Program-made: the position numbers and the translations under genes
Shown: positions 8,825-28,212 of the stretch, piece by piece
Position numbering within the stretch: position 1 is the first letter of the stretch
How the letters are laid out: each line of letters opens with the position of its first letter
Assembly (NCBI GenBank): GCA_049598495.1
Contig: JBMYNR010000003.1
Location: 1-64,000, forward strand
Direction of reading: 5' to 3'
From: Opitutales bacterium
GTDB taxonomy: Bacteria; Verrucomicrobiota; Verrucomicrobiia; Opitutales; Coraliomargaritaceae
Length of the DNA: 64,000 bases
Notes under the pieces: model-generated
Databases searched by the model: none
Seen by the model: only the letters and a program-made list of their open reading frames with translations
What the model was told of the DNA's origin: nothing

Positions 8825-9049
8825 CTATCTGGAGAGCACACTCATCACCAAGATGAGGGTGACGATGCTCGCTAGGCTTGCGCCGCTACCGATAAAACCA
8901 TCTACGAGGGCTTTAAGGTTAGCGATAACATTCATACCAGCAGCGTTACCGAAGATAACGGAAACGACGACCAGTAAGCCGACTGCAGAAACAAGAAGAG
9001 CAGAAATACCTCCGATCGCAGACTTTAGTTGGTTAATAGCATTTTCCAT
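8825..9049 (-). CDS. Small hydrophobic membrane protein (74 aa), paralogue A
   Basis: Two hydrophobic helices; aligns with 9094-9327; terminator directly downstream. Confidence 0.85.
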   Translation of the reverse strand: MENAINQLKSAIGGISALLVSAVGLLVVVSVIFGNAAGMNVIANLKALVDGFIGSGASLASIVTLILVMSVLSR

Positions 9050-9093
9050 AGTTTGTATGATTTTGGGGTTAGTTTTTTGTGTTTTGTTTCCCG

Positions 9094-9327
9094 CTATGCA
9101 CGCTTACGCAACAGAGCGAAAATTAGGATGAGGGCGACTAAACCAATGAAACCGTTCTCTCCACCAATAGAGGTCACGATTGCAGATAAGTTTCCGACAA
9201 CGCTAGCACCAAAAATAGCGCCTTGGCCGAAAACAATTTCAGCGATGATACCGAGAGCAACCAGGCCTATGCCAAGTTCCGATATCGACTTAATCACATC
9301 AGTCAGCTGTGAGGTTATTTTTTCCAT
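9094..9327 (-). CDS. Small hydrophobic membrane protein (77 aa), paralogue B
   Basis: Strong SD (AAAGGAG) before ATG; two hydrophobic helices; basic C-terminus. Confidence 0.88.
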   Translation of the reverse strand: MEKITSQLTDVIKSISELGIGLVALGIIAEIVFGQGAIFGASVVGNLSAIVTSIGGENGFIGLVALILIFALLRKRA

Positions 9328-10122
9328 TTTTCTCCTTTGTTGGGGTGAACTAGTCGCCTACTTCGGCAAGTCAGATGAACTGCCTGTGCGACCAGAAAGA
9401 TAAAGATGAAGTCTCTAGTAAGCCTCTAAATAAGCCTAAAATTGAGCAAGGGACCAAGCCTAAGACGGAATGATGGCAGGTCGTCGACCCAGTAAACAGA
9501 ACCCAAAAACCGTATGAATCCTCCCAAGTGAGGACAGCTGAGCGAGAGCTAAATGCTCTTCTTACGTTCCAGTCTGCATGGATAATGCACCTCACTGGAA
9601 GGATGATATTAACTAAGATTTAACTAAAGGAAAGAAAATTCTTCATAAAAAAGCTCTGCCCTGATTTATCGTAATCTCATACCATTTTATGAAATTATTG
9701 ATCCTTTAGCGAGAGCTGAGAGTTGTTCTGGCAAGGCGGGTGCCTCTATCAATCATCGAAATACTTTTGACCAGGCTAAAGCACTTTGCATTTAGGTAGA
9801 ATAACTGGCTGGGTGTCATTTTTGTTGCCAGCCAGACGGGTGCGGCGTGTGCGGGTCGAGACCGGTATCGATACGACCAACGCAGCGGGAAGCAAACATC
9901 CCCCCCAGTCCCGCCTTTCGATGGATTCAAGGCCCTGAGCTTGCTATCAATTTTGATTAGGGACAAATCTGAGGGACTTACGATCTTCGTTGAGTGCGGG
10001 ATGTTGAACATCCACACAATTTAACAGTTTGAGACCTATTCCGATAGGAGGACAAACCTGAGGGGCTTACATTCATACACTGACCTCTTACGACACAGGT
10101 AGCCCACCCGCATCCGAGATAC

Positions 10123-10154
10123 AAAAAGAGCCGCCCCACTAGGGACGACTCTTT
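10123..10154 (-). terminator. Terminator after rpoC
   Basis: AAAGAGTCGTCCC-tagt-GGGGCGGCTCTTTTT on the minus strand. Confidence 0.75.
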
Positions 10155-10177
10155 GAAGAGAACGACTCTATCAGCGT

Positions 10178-14413
<4,236 letters not shown>

Positions 14414-14459
14414 TTAATAAACCCTTTTTGAAATGTTTCGGTTAATCGTGAATGCGACC

Positions 14460-18248
<3,789 letters not shown>

Positions 18249-18331
18249 AGTAGATGCCCCTGTGACGGTTTGTAATGAGAATGTTCTGAGAATTTGCTGC
18301 AGCTCAGTTTAGAGCGGATCAGCGGAAAAGC

Positions 18332-18381
18332 AAAAACAGCTAGGCGAGGCTCACCCGATCTGGGTGAGCTCACCTAACTGT
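18332..18381 (-). terminator. Hairpin/attenuator-like terminator between rplL and rpoB
   Basis: GCTCACCC/GGGTGAGC stem extended by CAGTTAGG/CCTAGCTG, then TTTTT on the minus strand. Confidence 0.6.
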
Positions 18382-18424
18382 GAAAATGTGCGATTAAAGA
18401 GTATAATCTAAGTATTCCTAATGA

Positions 18425-18814
18425 TTACTTAAGTTCGACTTCAGCGCCGGCGGCCTCGAGCTTCTTTTTGATCTCTTCAGCTTCGTCCTTGGCGGCACCT
18501 TCCTTAACAGGCTTCGGTGCGCCTTCGACAAGTTCCTTCGCTTCCTTCAAGCCAAGACCTGTGATAGCGCGGACTTCCTTAATCGCAGCGATCTTGTTAG
18601 AACCTGCAGCCTTAAGGATAACATCGAACTCATCCTTTTCTTCAGCAGCGGCTTCGCCACCACCTGCAGCAGCACCGCCGGCAGCAGCAACAGCAACAGG
18701 AGCTGCAGCGCTAACGCCCCACTTCTCTTCGAGTTCTTTAACGAGATCGGCGACTTCGAGCACAGTTTGTGCGGAGAGCCACTCGACGACTTGTTCTTTT
18801 GTGATATCAGCCAT
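18425..18814 (-). CDS. rplL: 50S ribosomal protein L7/L12
   Basis: [36 protein letters not shown]. Confidence 0.99.
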   Translation of the reverse strand: MADITKEQVVEWLSAQTVLEVADLVKELEEKWGVSAAAPVAVAAAGGAAAGGGEAAAEEKDEFDVILKAAGSNKIAAIKEVRAITGLGLKEAKELVEGAPKPVKEGAAKDEAEEIKKKLEAAGAEVELK

Positions 18815-18833
18815 GATGTTGTATCTTTTAATT

Positions 18834-18883
18834 GGTTAGCGCCCCGGTGATCGGAGCATTTAAGAGGCGAATTCCTCCTAACC
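18834..18883 (-). promoter_or_regulatory. Candidate three-way-junction RNA just 5' of rplL (L10-leader-like)
   Basis: GGTTAG/CTAACC closing GAGG/CCTC and GCTCCG/CGGGGC hairpins joined by TTAAAT. Confidence 0.5.
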
Positions 18884-18958
18884 GTATTTTTGGATTATGG
18901 TTTGTTTTAGGCCACGGCCCCGAATCGAGACCAACGGCTAAATGTGTTTCGATTTTGA

Positions 18959-19477
18959 TTACTCGCCGTTTTCTGCGCGGACCTTGGCCTGCAAGACATT
19001 GACGACATTTTGCGGAACGGCGTTGAGCACACGCACCAGGCCAGTCCCGGGTTGTGAGAGTAGACCGAGGAGCTGTGCACGGAGCGATTCGAGGCCAGGA
19101 AGCTTCGCAAGCGCTTCGATCTGAGCCTTATCGAGAGTCTTATCGTTAAGGATACCGACCTTGAGGTCGACTTTTTCCTTAGCCTTGAAGAACTTCCCGA
19201 GGACCTTAGCCACACCGGAGGGATTGTCACCACCAACAATGATGGCGGTCGGGCCCGAAAGATATTCGCCCACATCCGGCATTTCCTTGGCATTGGCGGC
19301 AACACCGAAAATACTGTTCTTTACGACGTGGAACTCGGCATTGTGCTCAGCGAGTTGCTCACGAAGTTCTGCCGTTTCCTCGACGGTGATACGCTCGTAA
19401 TTGGCAAGATAGACGTAATCGGACTTAGCGAGGTGGTTGTTCACCTCTTCTACGAGATATTGTTTTTCTGGTCTCAT
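18959..19477 (-). CDS. rplJ: 50S ribosomal protein L10
   Basis: MRPEK, HVVKNS, LSGPTAI, LAKLP. Confidence 0.98.
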   Translation of the reverse strand: MRPEKQYLVEEVNNHLAKSDYVYLANYERITVEETAELREQLAEHNAEFHVVKNSIFGVAANAKEMPDVGEYLSGPTAIIVGGDNPSGVAKVLGKFFKAKEKVDLKVGILNDKTLDKAQIEALAKLPGLESLRAQLLGLLSQPGTGLVRVLNAVPQNVVNVLQAKVRAENGE

Positions 19478-19492
19478 GTTATGGGTCCTTCC

Positions 19493-20197
19493 TTATGCTT
19501 TGTTGTAGTCGGTCACATCGACTATAAGGCCTGGGCTCATCGTCGCACTCAGCGTCAAGCTCTTCAGGAACTTGCCTGTCGCGGCCTTCGGCTTCTGCTC
19601 GACAAGCGCCTTAATTGCGGCGTCTGCGTTTTCCGAGATCTGCTCAGGGGTGAAGGAACGCTTGCCGACGACAATCGCGACGTTGGCAGTCTTATCCATT
19701 TTAAATTCAACCCGGCCGGCTTTGACTTCATTGATACCTGCGACGATATCGTCTGTCACGGTGCCGGACTTGGGATTAGGCATGAGGCCTCGGGGACCAA
19801 GCACACGAGCGACCTTACGGACGCTCTTCATCGCACTTGTCGTCGAGATCGCGACGTCGAAATCAGTCCATCCGCCGGAAACCTTCTCGATGAGATCATC
19901 AAGACCCGCCTCGTCTGCGCCTGCAGCCTTAGCTTCGTCCGGGTTTTCCGTGAAGACAATCACGCGCACTGTCTTACCGCTTCCGTGAGGAAGCTGGAGG
20001 GTGCCGCGGACCATCTGATCACTCTTGCGGGGATCGACCGAGAGATGGGCGTATACCTCGACTGTTTCGTCGAATTTCGCCTTCGGTAGTTTGTTGAGTA
20101 GCGCAGACGCTTCTTCGACCGAGTAAGTCTTCGTCAAGTCAGCCATTTCGACTGCCGAGCGATAGCGTTTGCTTCCCTTTATTTGCTGGGTGGCCAT
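19493..20197 (-). CDS. rplA: 50S ribosomal protein L1
   Basis: KFDETVE, DQMVRGTLQLPHGSGK, LGPRGLMPNPKSGTVT; start reset to MATQQ at 20197. Confidence 0.98.
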   Translation of the reverse strand: MATQQIKGSKRYRSAVEMADLTKTYSVEEASALLNKLPKAKFDETVEVYAHLSVDPRKSDQMVRGTLQLPHGSGKTVRVIVFTENPDEAKAAGADEAGLDDLIEKVSGGWTDFDVAISTTSAMKSVRKVARVLGPRGLMPNPKSGTVTDDIVAGINEVKAGRVEFKMDKTANVAIVVGKRSFTPEQISENADAAIKALVEQKPKAATGKFLKSLTLSATMSPGLIVDVTDYNKA

Positions 20198-20249
20198 TGT
20201 TATATCTCTATTTGTTTGAAAGGGGGCACCGGAATGGCGCCCGCAAAAA

Positions 20250-20675
20250 TTAGTCCGCGATTTCGAGCCCCATCGAACGGGCGGTGCCGGCGATGATATT
20301 GAAAGCGGCGTCCTCGTCCTTCGCATTGAGGTCGGCCTTCTTGATCTCAACGATCTCAAGCACCTGCTTACGAGTCACAGAACCGACCTTGTCCTTGTTC
20401 GGCACACCGGAGCCTTTAGCAATACCGGCAGCCTTCTTCAGAAGTACCGCGGCGGGAGGCGACTTAAGGATAAAGGTAAAAGAGCGGTCTGCGTAGACGG
20501 TGATCACGGTCGGAAGGATCATACCGGCCTGATCTTTGGTCTTGGCATTGAATTCTTTACAGAACCCCATGATATTAACGCCCTGCGCGCCGAGTGCGGG
20601 ACCAACGGGAGGTGCCGGATTAGCAGCACCTGCAGGAAGTTGTAGACGGATTTCTCCAACGACTTTCTTAGACAT
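20250..20675 (-). CDS. rplK: 50S ribosomal protein L11
   Basis: [29 protein letters not shown]. Confidence 0.99.
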   Translation of the reverse strand: MSKKVVGEIRLQLPAGAANPAPPVGPALGAQGVNIMGFCKEFNAKTKDQAGMILPTVITVYADRSFTFILKSPPAAVLLKKAAGIAKGSGVPNKDKVGSVTRKQVLEIVEIKKADLNAKDEDAAFNIIAGTARSMGLEIAD

Positions 20676-20681
20676 AGCGGA

Positions 20682-21260
<579 letters not shown>

Positions 21261-21324
21261 TGCGGACTCTAGAGACGAAAAATGATACCGAAGGCGGCGA
21301 GAGAAAATACGAGGGGCGGTGCGA

Positions 21325-21528
21325 CTACTTGACCCAAGAGGTCAGCAACTCGACACCATTCATTAGCGAGAAATCGATCAACGCGATGTAGCCGCCGAGT
21401 ATACCGGTGGCGATGAGCACAACTATTGTGGAATCGCGGAGCTCCGTCTTGGTTGGCCAGGAGGCTTTTTTGAGCTCTGTCATCATCTCCTTGTAAAAGA
21501 GACGAATGCTAGTGAATGGGTTTTTCAT
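21325..21528 (-). CDS. secE: Preprotein translocase SecE
   Basis: ELKKASWPT plus one TM helix; position between tRNA-Trp and nusG. Confidence 0.95.
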   Translation of the reverse strand: MKNPFTSIRLFYKEMMTELKKASWPTKTELRDSTIVVLIATGILGGYIALIDFSLMNGVELLTSWVK

Positions 21529-21544
21529 GAAAGGCGTGAAGAAG

Positions 21545-21623
<79 letters not shown>

Positions 21624-21656
21624 AGATTCAGGTTAAATTCTATAAATAACAGTGAA

Positions 21657-21683
21657 GCCGAGGGCCCATATAGAGCCCTCGGC
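21657..21683 (-). other. Stable hairpin after tuf (3' stabiliser or processing signal)
   Basis: GCCGAGGGC/GCCCTCGGC inverted repeat with no U-tract on the minus side. Confidence 0.55.
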
Positions 21684-21711
21684 AAAAACTGGAATCTGAA
21701 TGAACAAGTAA

Positions 21712-22902
<1,191 letters not shown>

Positions 22903-22956
22903 GATTGATGTTATTTATTGATGAGAGATTGATTAATTGGTTGTTTGTTATCCAAG

Positions 22957-23032
<76 letters not shown>

Positions 23033-23305
23033 ACATCGCAAAATGATGATATAGAATGTAAAGAGCCGGAGATTCTACACAGAGGAGGGCAGAATTTTTG
23101 GAAAGCCCGCGAAGGTGCCTTTCGCCCCTTACTCAGTCAATACTAATTTCAAAAAAATCCCCCCATGCTCATATCTAGTATTTTAGGGGCCTAGAGCCTG
23201 AAAATAAGGTTCGATTCCCTATTGACCAACAAGCGACTTCAAATACCCTATTTCGCCAAAGACAGGGCTCGTTATCCCAAGTAGGATGCGGCCGGCCCCA
23301 GCTCC

Positions 23306-24166
23306 TCAGACGGTATATGGTTTCCTGAAGATGGCCCCGGAGCGTCGACGTTCGGCAATGTGTTCGACCTCGGCCTCCGACATTGGCTTCGGATTGCTTG
23401 TCTCGGGGTCAATTTTCCACTTGGCAGGTTTCAGATCATGGTCGACCGCCACCCGGTAATCGAAGACGAAGCAATCACCCTCCCAGAGACTTTTCTCCCT
23501 GGGCATCAGTTCCATGTAACGGAGGATGCCGCCCTTTAGGTGGTAGACGTTCTTAAAGCCCTTCTGCTTAAGATAGGCCGTTGAACGCTCGCAACGGATC
23601 CCCCCTGTGCAATACATGGCAATCTTCTTGTCTTTTTGCGACGCGAGGTGCTCGTCCACAAAATCTGCGAATGCCGTAAAATCATCCGTATTTGGATTGA
23701 TCGCTCCCTTAAACTGTCCGACCTCGACCTCGTAGTCGTTCCGGGTATCAATCGTAATGACCTCAGGGTCTGAAATGAGCTCGTTCCACGCTTCCGGCTC
23801 CAGATAGGTTCCCACGGCTTCCCGGGGATCCGCGCCGTCCTGACGAAAGGTCACAATCTCCGGCTTCTTTTTGACCTTGAACTTTGGAAAGGGGTTGAAA
23901 TCAGCATACGAATATTTGACCTCCATCGGCTCAAAGCGGGGATCCGATTTGAGAAGTGCAATGGTTGCATCAACAGCTTCATGTGAGCCGGCGCAGGTCG
24001 AATTCACCCCCTCTGGGGCAAAGATAACCGTGCCTCGAAGTCCGACCTCGAGGCCATGATCCACCATACGTTCCGCCCACTCGTCACGGTCAGGCAAGTC
24101 GGTGAAATGATAAAATGCGGCGATTTTCCAGGAATCAGACATATTTACAGGAGTTTCATGGGTCAT
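23306..24166 (-). CDS. trhO: Rhodanese-domain tRNA U34 hydroxylase TrhO (YceA family)
   Basis: EGVN, KKKPEIV, IDTRNDYE, MYCTGGIRCE, HLKGGILRY, GDCFVFD.R. Confidence 0.9.
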   Translation of the reverse strand: MTHETPVNMSDSWKIAAFYHFTDLPDRDEWAERMVDHGLEVGLRGTVIFAPEGVNSTCAGSHEAVDATIALLKSDPRFEPMEVKYSYADFNPFPKFKVKKKPEIVTFRQDGADPREAVGTYLEPEAWNELISDPEVITIDTRNDYEVEVGQFKGAINPNTDDFTAFADFVDEHLASQKDKKIAMYCTGGIRCERSTAYLKQKGFKNVYHLKGGILRYMELMPREKSLWEGDCFVFDYRVAVDHDLKPAKWKIDPETSNPKPMSEAEVEHIAERRRSGAIFRKPYTV

Positions 24167-24230
24167 AACTCGCCCTTTTAAACCTTGTCGATAGTGAACT
24201 TAGCTGTCAAAGCCCTGCCCGCTTCAACAC

Positions 24231-25808
24231 ATGGAAACCAAATTTACAGATCTCGGGCTACGCCCTGAATTGATTCAAGGCATCGAGCGCCTAGGTTTTG
24301 AATCCCCCTCACCCATCCAAGCGGAGACGATTCCAGTCGCACTCGAAGGTCGCGACCTCGTGGGGCTCTCTCAGACAGGCTCTGGTAAAACGGCCGCCTT
24401 TGGTCTGCCCGCGCTTGACCGCATCGAAATCGACCGAAAAGAGCCGCAAGTCCTCGTTCTCTGCCCCACTCGAGAGTTGGCTGTGCAAGTCTGCGAAGAG
24501 ATTCATCGACTCGCCAGCGCACTCAAGGGGCTAAGCGCCCTACCGGTCTACGGAGGTGCGCCGATTGATCGCCAGATCAGGGGGCTGCGGAAAGGTGCCC
24601 ATATCATCGTGGGCACACCGGGGCGGGTTATGGACCACCTGCGCCGCAACACCCTGCGAACGGAGGCCATCCGACTTTGCATTCTCGATGAGGCCGACCG
24701 CATGCTGGATATGGGCTTTCGCGAAGACATGGAGATCATCCTCGGCGATATGCCGGAGGATCGCCAGACCCTCTTCTTCTCGGCAACAATGAACAAGGGT
24801 GTCGAGTCACTCATCAAAAATTTCAGTCGTGAAGCGACCCGTATATCAATCGAGCGAAAGGCGCTGACGGTTGACTCGATCGATCAAAGCTACTACGAAG
24901 TTCGTAACCGTTCGAAGATTGAGGTCCTCTGCCGCCTACTCGATCTAGAAACGAACCCTCGCGGTATTGTCTTCTGCAACACGAAACAAATGGTTGAGGA
25001 CGCAACGGAAGCGCTCAGCGCCCGCGGCTACGTGGCCGATCGTATCCACGGTGACATCACACAGGCAAACCGTGAGCGTGTCATCAAACGGTTCAAGAAT
25101 GGCTCGGTCGAACTTTTGGTCGCAACTGATGTTGCTGCACGGGGCCTCGATATCGACGATGTCGATATCGTCTTCAACTACGACCTCCCTTATGATCCTG
25201 AAGATTACGTCCACCGAATCGGCAGAACCGGCCGCGCCGGTCGCTCGGGAAAATCCGTCACCTTTGTCTATGGACGGGACATCTACCGACTTGAAGCCAT
25301 TGAGCGCTACACGCGCCAGATGGTCCGTCGGATGCCCATCCCCAGCCTGGAGGATGTTGAGGGGCGGAAGGCGGACAAATACTTCAAGCAGGTAAAGACA
25401 TTACTGGAGGAAGGCAGCTTCAAACGCCATGACGACCTCGTCGACCGCCTCCTCGACGCGGGACATACACCGACCGATATCACCAGCGCCCTCTTTGATC
25501 TCCTCGGCAAGGATGACGGCCGCGAGGGTGAAACCATCGCGGAGGACAATGAGACCTTCGACCCTCAGCCAAAACGCAAAGGCGGCGGCAAGCACAAGGA
25601 TGGTTCCAAAGGCAAGCGTGGCTTCAGGAAACAATCCGGGGGGCATCATAAACATGGAGCGAATGCCGGAAAATGGAACGACGGCGGCAAGCACAAACGC
25701 CCATTCAAAACGAAGCGCAAGATTACCGGCCAAAAGTTTAAAAAGCCGGCCTCGGCAGACGGTGAACCAAAGAAGAAACCGGCAAGACGTTTTAAGCGAC
25801 CGGATTAG
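24231..25808 (+). CDS. DEAD-box RNA helicase (DeaD/CshA-like) with basic C-terminal tail
   Basis: [33 protein letters not shown]. Confidence 0.95.
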   Translation: METKFTDLGLRPELIQGIERLGFESPSPIQAETIPVALEGRDLVGLSQTGSGKTAAFGLPALDRIEIDRKEPQVLVLCPTRELAVQVCEEIHRLASALKGLSALPVYGGAPIDRQIRGLRKGAHIIVGTPGRVMDHLRRNTLRTEAIRLCILDEADRMLDMGFREDMEIILGDMPEDRQTLFFSATMNKGVESLIKNFSREATRISIERKALTVDSIDQSYYEVRNRSKIEVLCRLLDLETNPRGIVFCNTKQMVEDATEALSARGYVADRIHGDITQANRERVIKRFKNGSVELLVATDVAARGLDIDDVDIVFNYDLPYDPEDYVHRIGRTGRAGRSGKSVTFVYGRDIYRLEAIERYTRQMVRRMPIPSLEDVEGRKADKYFKQVKTLLEEGSFKRHDDLVDRLLDAGHTPTDITSALFDLLGKDDGREGETIAEDNETFDPQPKRKGGGKHKDGSKGKRGFRKQSGGHHKHGANAGKWNDGGKHKRPFKTKRKITGQKFKKPASADGEPKKKPARRFKRPD

Positions 25809-25986
25809 AGTCAGGTATGTTTGGATCGAACCAGGACCGCCGAAAGACAGCGCTGCCTCGACGACTCGACGATCCAGTAGCGACGCGATGCCAATAGCAT
25901 CGGCCCTGATCTGATTCGAACCCCGACCCCTGCAGAACTGCTTTTGCCGTTGAAAGCAGCTCTGGCTCAATTATCGTCAGCAATAG

Positions 25987-26529
25987 ATGTCTAAAGTTAC
26001 CTCCGATAAGCCTGAAACAGAGGCACCTCAGTGGTTCTGCTTGCGCACACAGACCAAGCGTGAGCACATTGCGGCTGCCATTCTCGATCGGCTTGAAGCG
26101 GTGGACGTGTTTTGCCCAAGAATCAGCCAAGTCAAAAAGACCCGAACCGGTAAAAAGCGCTTCGTCGAGGCCCTGTTTCCCGGCTACATTTTTGCCAAAT
26201 TCCACTACTTTACCCATTCCCGGCAGGTCGTGCACAGTCAGGGTATCACCGGAATGGTCGAGCTCGGCGACCGACGCGTTATACCCGAATCCGTTATCGA
26301 TGAACTCAAAGCAAGCATTCCAGTGGGGATCCTTGAAGCACCCGATCTAAGTGTGGTCGAGGGCGCAGAGATCGAATTTGTGGCCGGCTCACTCAAGGGC
26401 CTGAATGGCAAAGTCCTCGCCCAGCTCCCAGCGAAGAATCGTATCCAGATACTCCTCGAATTCCTCGGACGGGAAATCACGGTGGAAGCCAACCCCGATG
26501 ACGTTTTACTTGCCCACGAGCAGAACTAA
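25987..26529 (+). CDS. NusG paralogue (RfaH/UpxY/LoaP-like antiterminator)
   Basis: NGN domain WFCLRT..RE..ALFPGYIF plus KOW-like G.LKGL.G. Confidence 0.85.
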   Translation: MSKVTSDKPETEAPQWFCLRTQTKREHIAAAILDRLEAVDVFCPRISQVKKTRTGKKRFVEALFPGYIFAKFHYFTHSRQVVHSQGITGMVELGDRRVIPESVIDELKASIPVGILEAPDLSVVEGAEIEFVAGSLKGLNGKVLAQLPAKNRIQILLEFLGREITVEANPDDVLLAHEQN

Positions 26530-26620
26530 GGTCGGAGCTATTTACGTCCTCGCCTCAATCGAAGCAGGACACCCAAGATGCTGGCAACGGGTAGCCTCTG
26601 GGTTCAAGTCAATCAATTGG

Positions 26621-27484
26621 CTACAAAGGCTGAGCCAAAAAGTTCACTCGACGGGTGAAGGTCTCGCCGTGTAGGCGGACGATATCTGATGCGGTCTGGT
26701 ATTGCTCAAAGGCACCGACATCATCGAAGCGCTGTAGCAACTGGAGGCCTTCGTCGGAGATCACAGTCAGGATGACTTCCGCGTAGAGAAGCGGGTTGGT
26801 CACCGCAGTCCCGCCATTACCACCATAGATAAAGGTGCCATGACTCAATGCCAGATCCGTCTGGGATGCATTCAAGAGGTTCACCGTCCCGGAACCGTCG
26901 TCCTCATAGAGTAGCACTTTAAACTCGATGATATTGCCGGCGAGATAGTTGTCGTCGATCACGATACTATCCCACTCATTTCCGCTTAGCGAGAGCTGGG
27001 GACTCGCAGTATCATTAGAAGAGCCCATTAGATCGTTAAAGGTAACGTCAGGAGCAACAATTTGGCGATAAAGCCCATAGATCTCATCGGCAGCACCTTG
27101 GTAAGCTTTGCGGTAGGCCAACTGGTATCCTATCGCACAGATATCCCCCGGCGTGGACTGGTCCCGATCCAAAGCAGGTGAGAACAATTTAAGGGCGACT
27201 GTCTGATCTGTGTAAGGGCCTCCTGGGTCCTGCAGTGCTTCGACTCTCAACCACTGCTGTCCGTTATTGCGAAAGACCGCGGTCTCCAAATCCTGAGTCA
27301 ACAAATCCAGAGCAATCCGGGCTTCAGCATTGGCCGAGAGCTTACCAGAGCTTTCGTTCCAGACGTTGAGCACCTGGGTGGTAATCTGGATAACGAGCCC
27401 GACGAGGATCACCATGATGACGGACGCCACCATGATCTCAATGAGAGTGAAAGCACGACGCCTCTTCTTAGCGTATCGTTTCAT
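26621..27484 (-). CDS. Prepilin-type protein (PulJ/PilW-like; Verru_Chthon cassette C-like)
   Basis: KKRRRA-FTLIEIMVA N-methylation motif plus TM helix. Confidence 0.8.
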   Translation of the reverse strand: MKRYAKKRRRAFTLIEIMVASVIMVILVGLVIQITTQVLNVWNESSGKLSANAEARIALDLLTQDLETAVFRNNGQQWLRVEALQDPGGPYTDQTVALKLFSPALDRDQSTPGDICAIGYQLAYRKAYQGAADEIYGLYRQIVAPDVTFNDLMGSSNDTASPQLSLSGNEWDSIVIDDNYLAGNIIEFKVLLYEDDGSGTVNLLNASQTDLALSHGTFIYGGNGGTAVTNPLLYAEVILTVISDEGLQLLQRFDDVGAFEQYQTASDIVRLHGETFTRRVNFLAQPL

Positions 27485-27505
27485 GACGATTCAAATAATA
27501 GCAAT

Positions 27506-28198
27506 TTAGCGGACAACCGCCGTGTTGTAGGTAAAGAGGGGCTCAACCTCGTTAAACTCATCCAAATCTCTGTCGGAATTGAACGTTGGTCCCGGGTCCT
27601 CCGGGAAGATACGCACCTCCATCGCAAAGTAACCCTCCAGATAGTCGGCGAGAGCGGCTTTCAGTTCATAGGTACCGGTGTCGCTTTGACGGTTGAGCGA
27701 GCGGTAAACGGATGGAGTGGCTGTCGGCGTCGGGATGACTGACGATGGCGTCAGGATCACACGGTAAATCGTCCCCGCGGCATCTTCGAAGCGCGTCTGA
27801 TCGATCAGAGCATCGGCCCCAAAAGAAACGTCTCGAATCGACTCCCCCGGTTGGAAACCCACCACCAGACGGACATTCTCCGTGTCTCCGATAAACTCGC
27901 GGAAGACAAAAACGGTTGCATAATTCTCCTCAGCGACGGCGTTGTAGATGATGTCGAACTTTGAATTACCGCTAGTGCCGGCAATATCGGGTGAGTTTTG
28001 CAGGAAGGCATTGACGGTGTTCACCACCGACGCGATCTCGTCGGTCTTTTCCACTTCATCGACCGATTGAAGCGTGGGTCCCAGCAAACCAACTAAGGCC
28101 AAAACGGTAATAAGGAAGATACCGATAGCGAGGACGACTTCGATCAAACTGAAGCCGAATGCCTTGCGGTGGTTCTCGTAAAATGACGGTTCACTCAT
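27506..28198 (-). CDS. Prepilin-type protein (PulI/PilV-like; Verru_Chthon cassette B-like)
   Basis: G-FSLIEVVLAIGIF..ALVGLL. Confidence 0.8.
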   Translation of the reverse strand: MSEPSFYENHRKAFGFSLIEVVLAIGIFLITVLALVGLLGPTLQSVDEVEKTDEIASVVNTVNAFLQNSPDIAGTSGNSKFDIIYNAVAEENYATVFVFREFIGDTENVRLVVGFQPGESIRDVSFGADALIDQTRFEDAAGTIYRVILTPSSVIPTPTATPSVYRSLNRQSDTGTYELKAALADYLEGYFAMEVRIFPEDPGPTFNSDRDLDEFNEVEPLFTYNTAVVR

Positions 28199-28212
28199 GA
28201 GTAGTTACCTGG

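Noticed and set aside
9961..10070. Possible CRISPR mini-array
   Set aside because: Only two 21-bp units, a 68-bp spacer and no cas genes; no CRISPR array seen anywhere in the window
20215..20248. Possible L1-binding hairpin between rplK and rplA
   Set aside because: A hairpin is present but the L1 consensus internal loop could not be matched confidently
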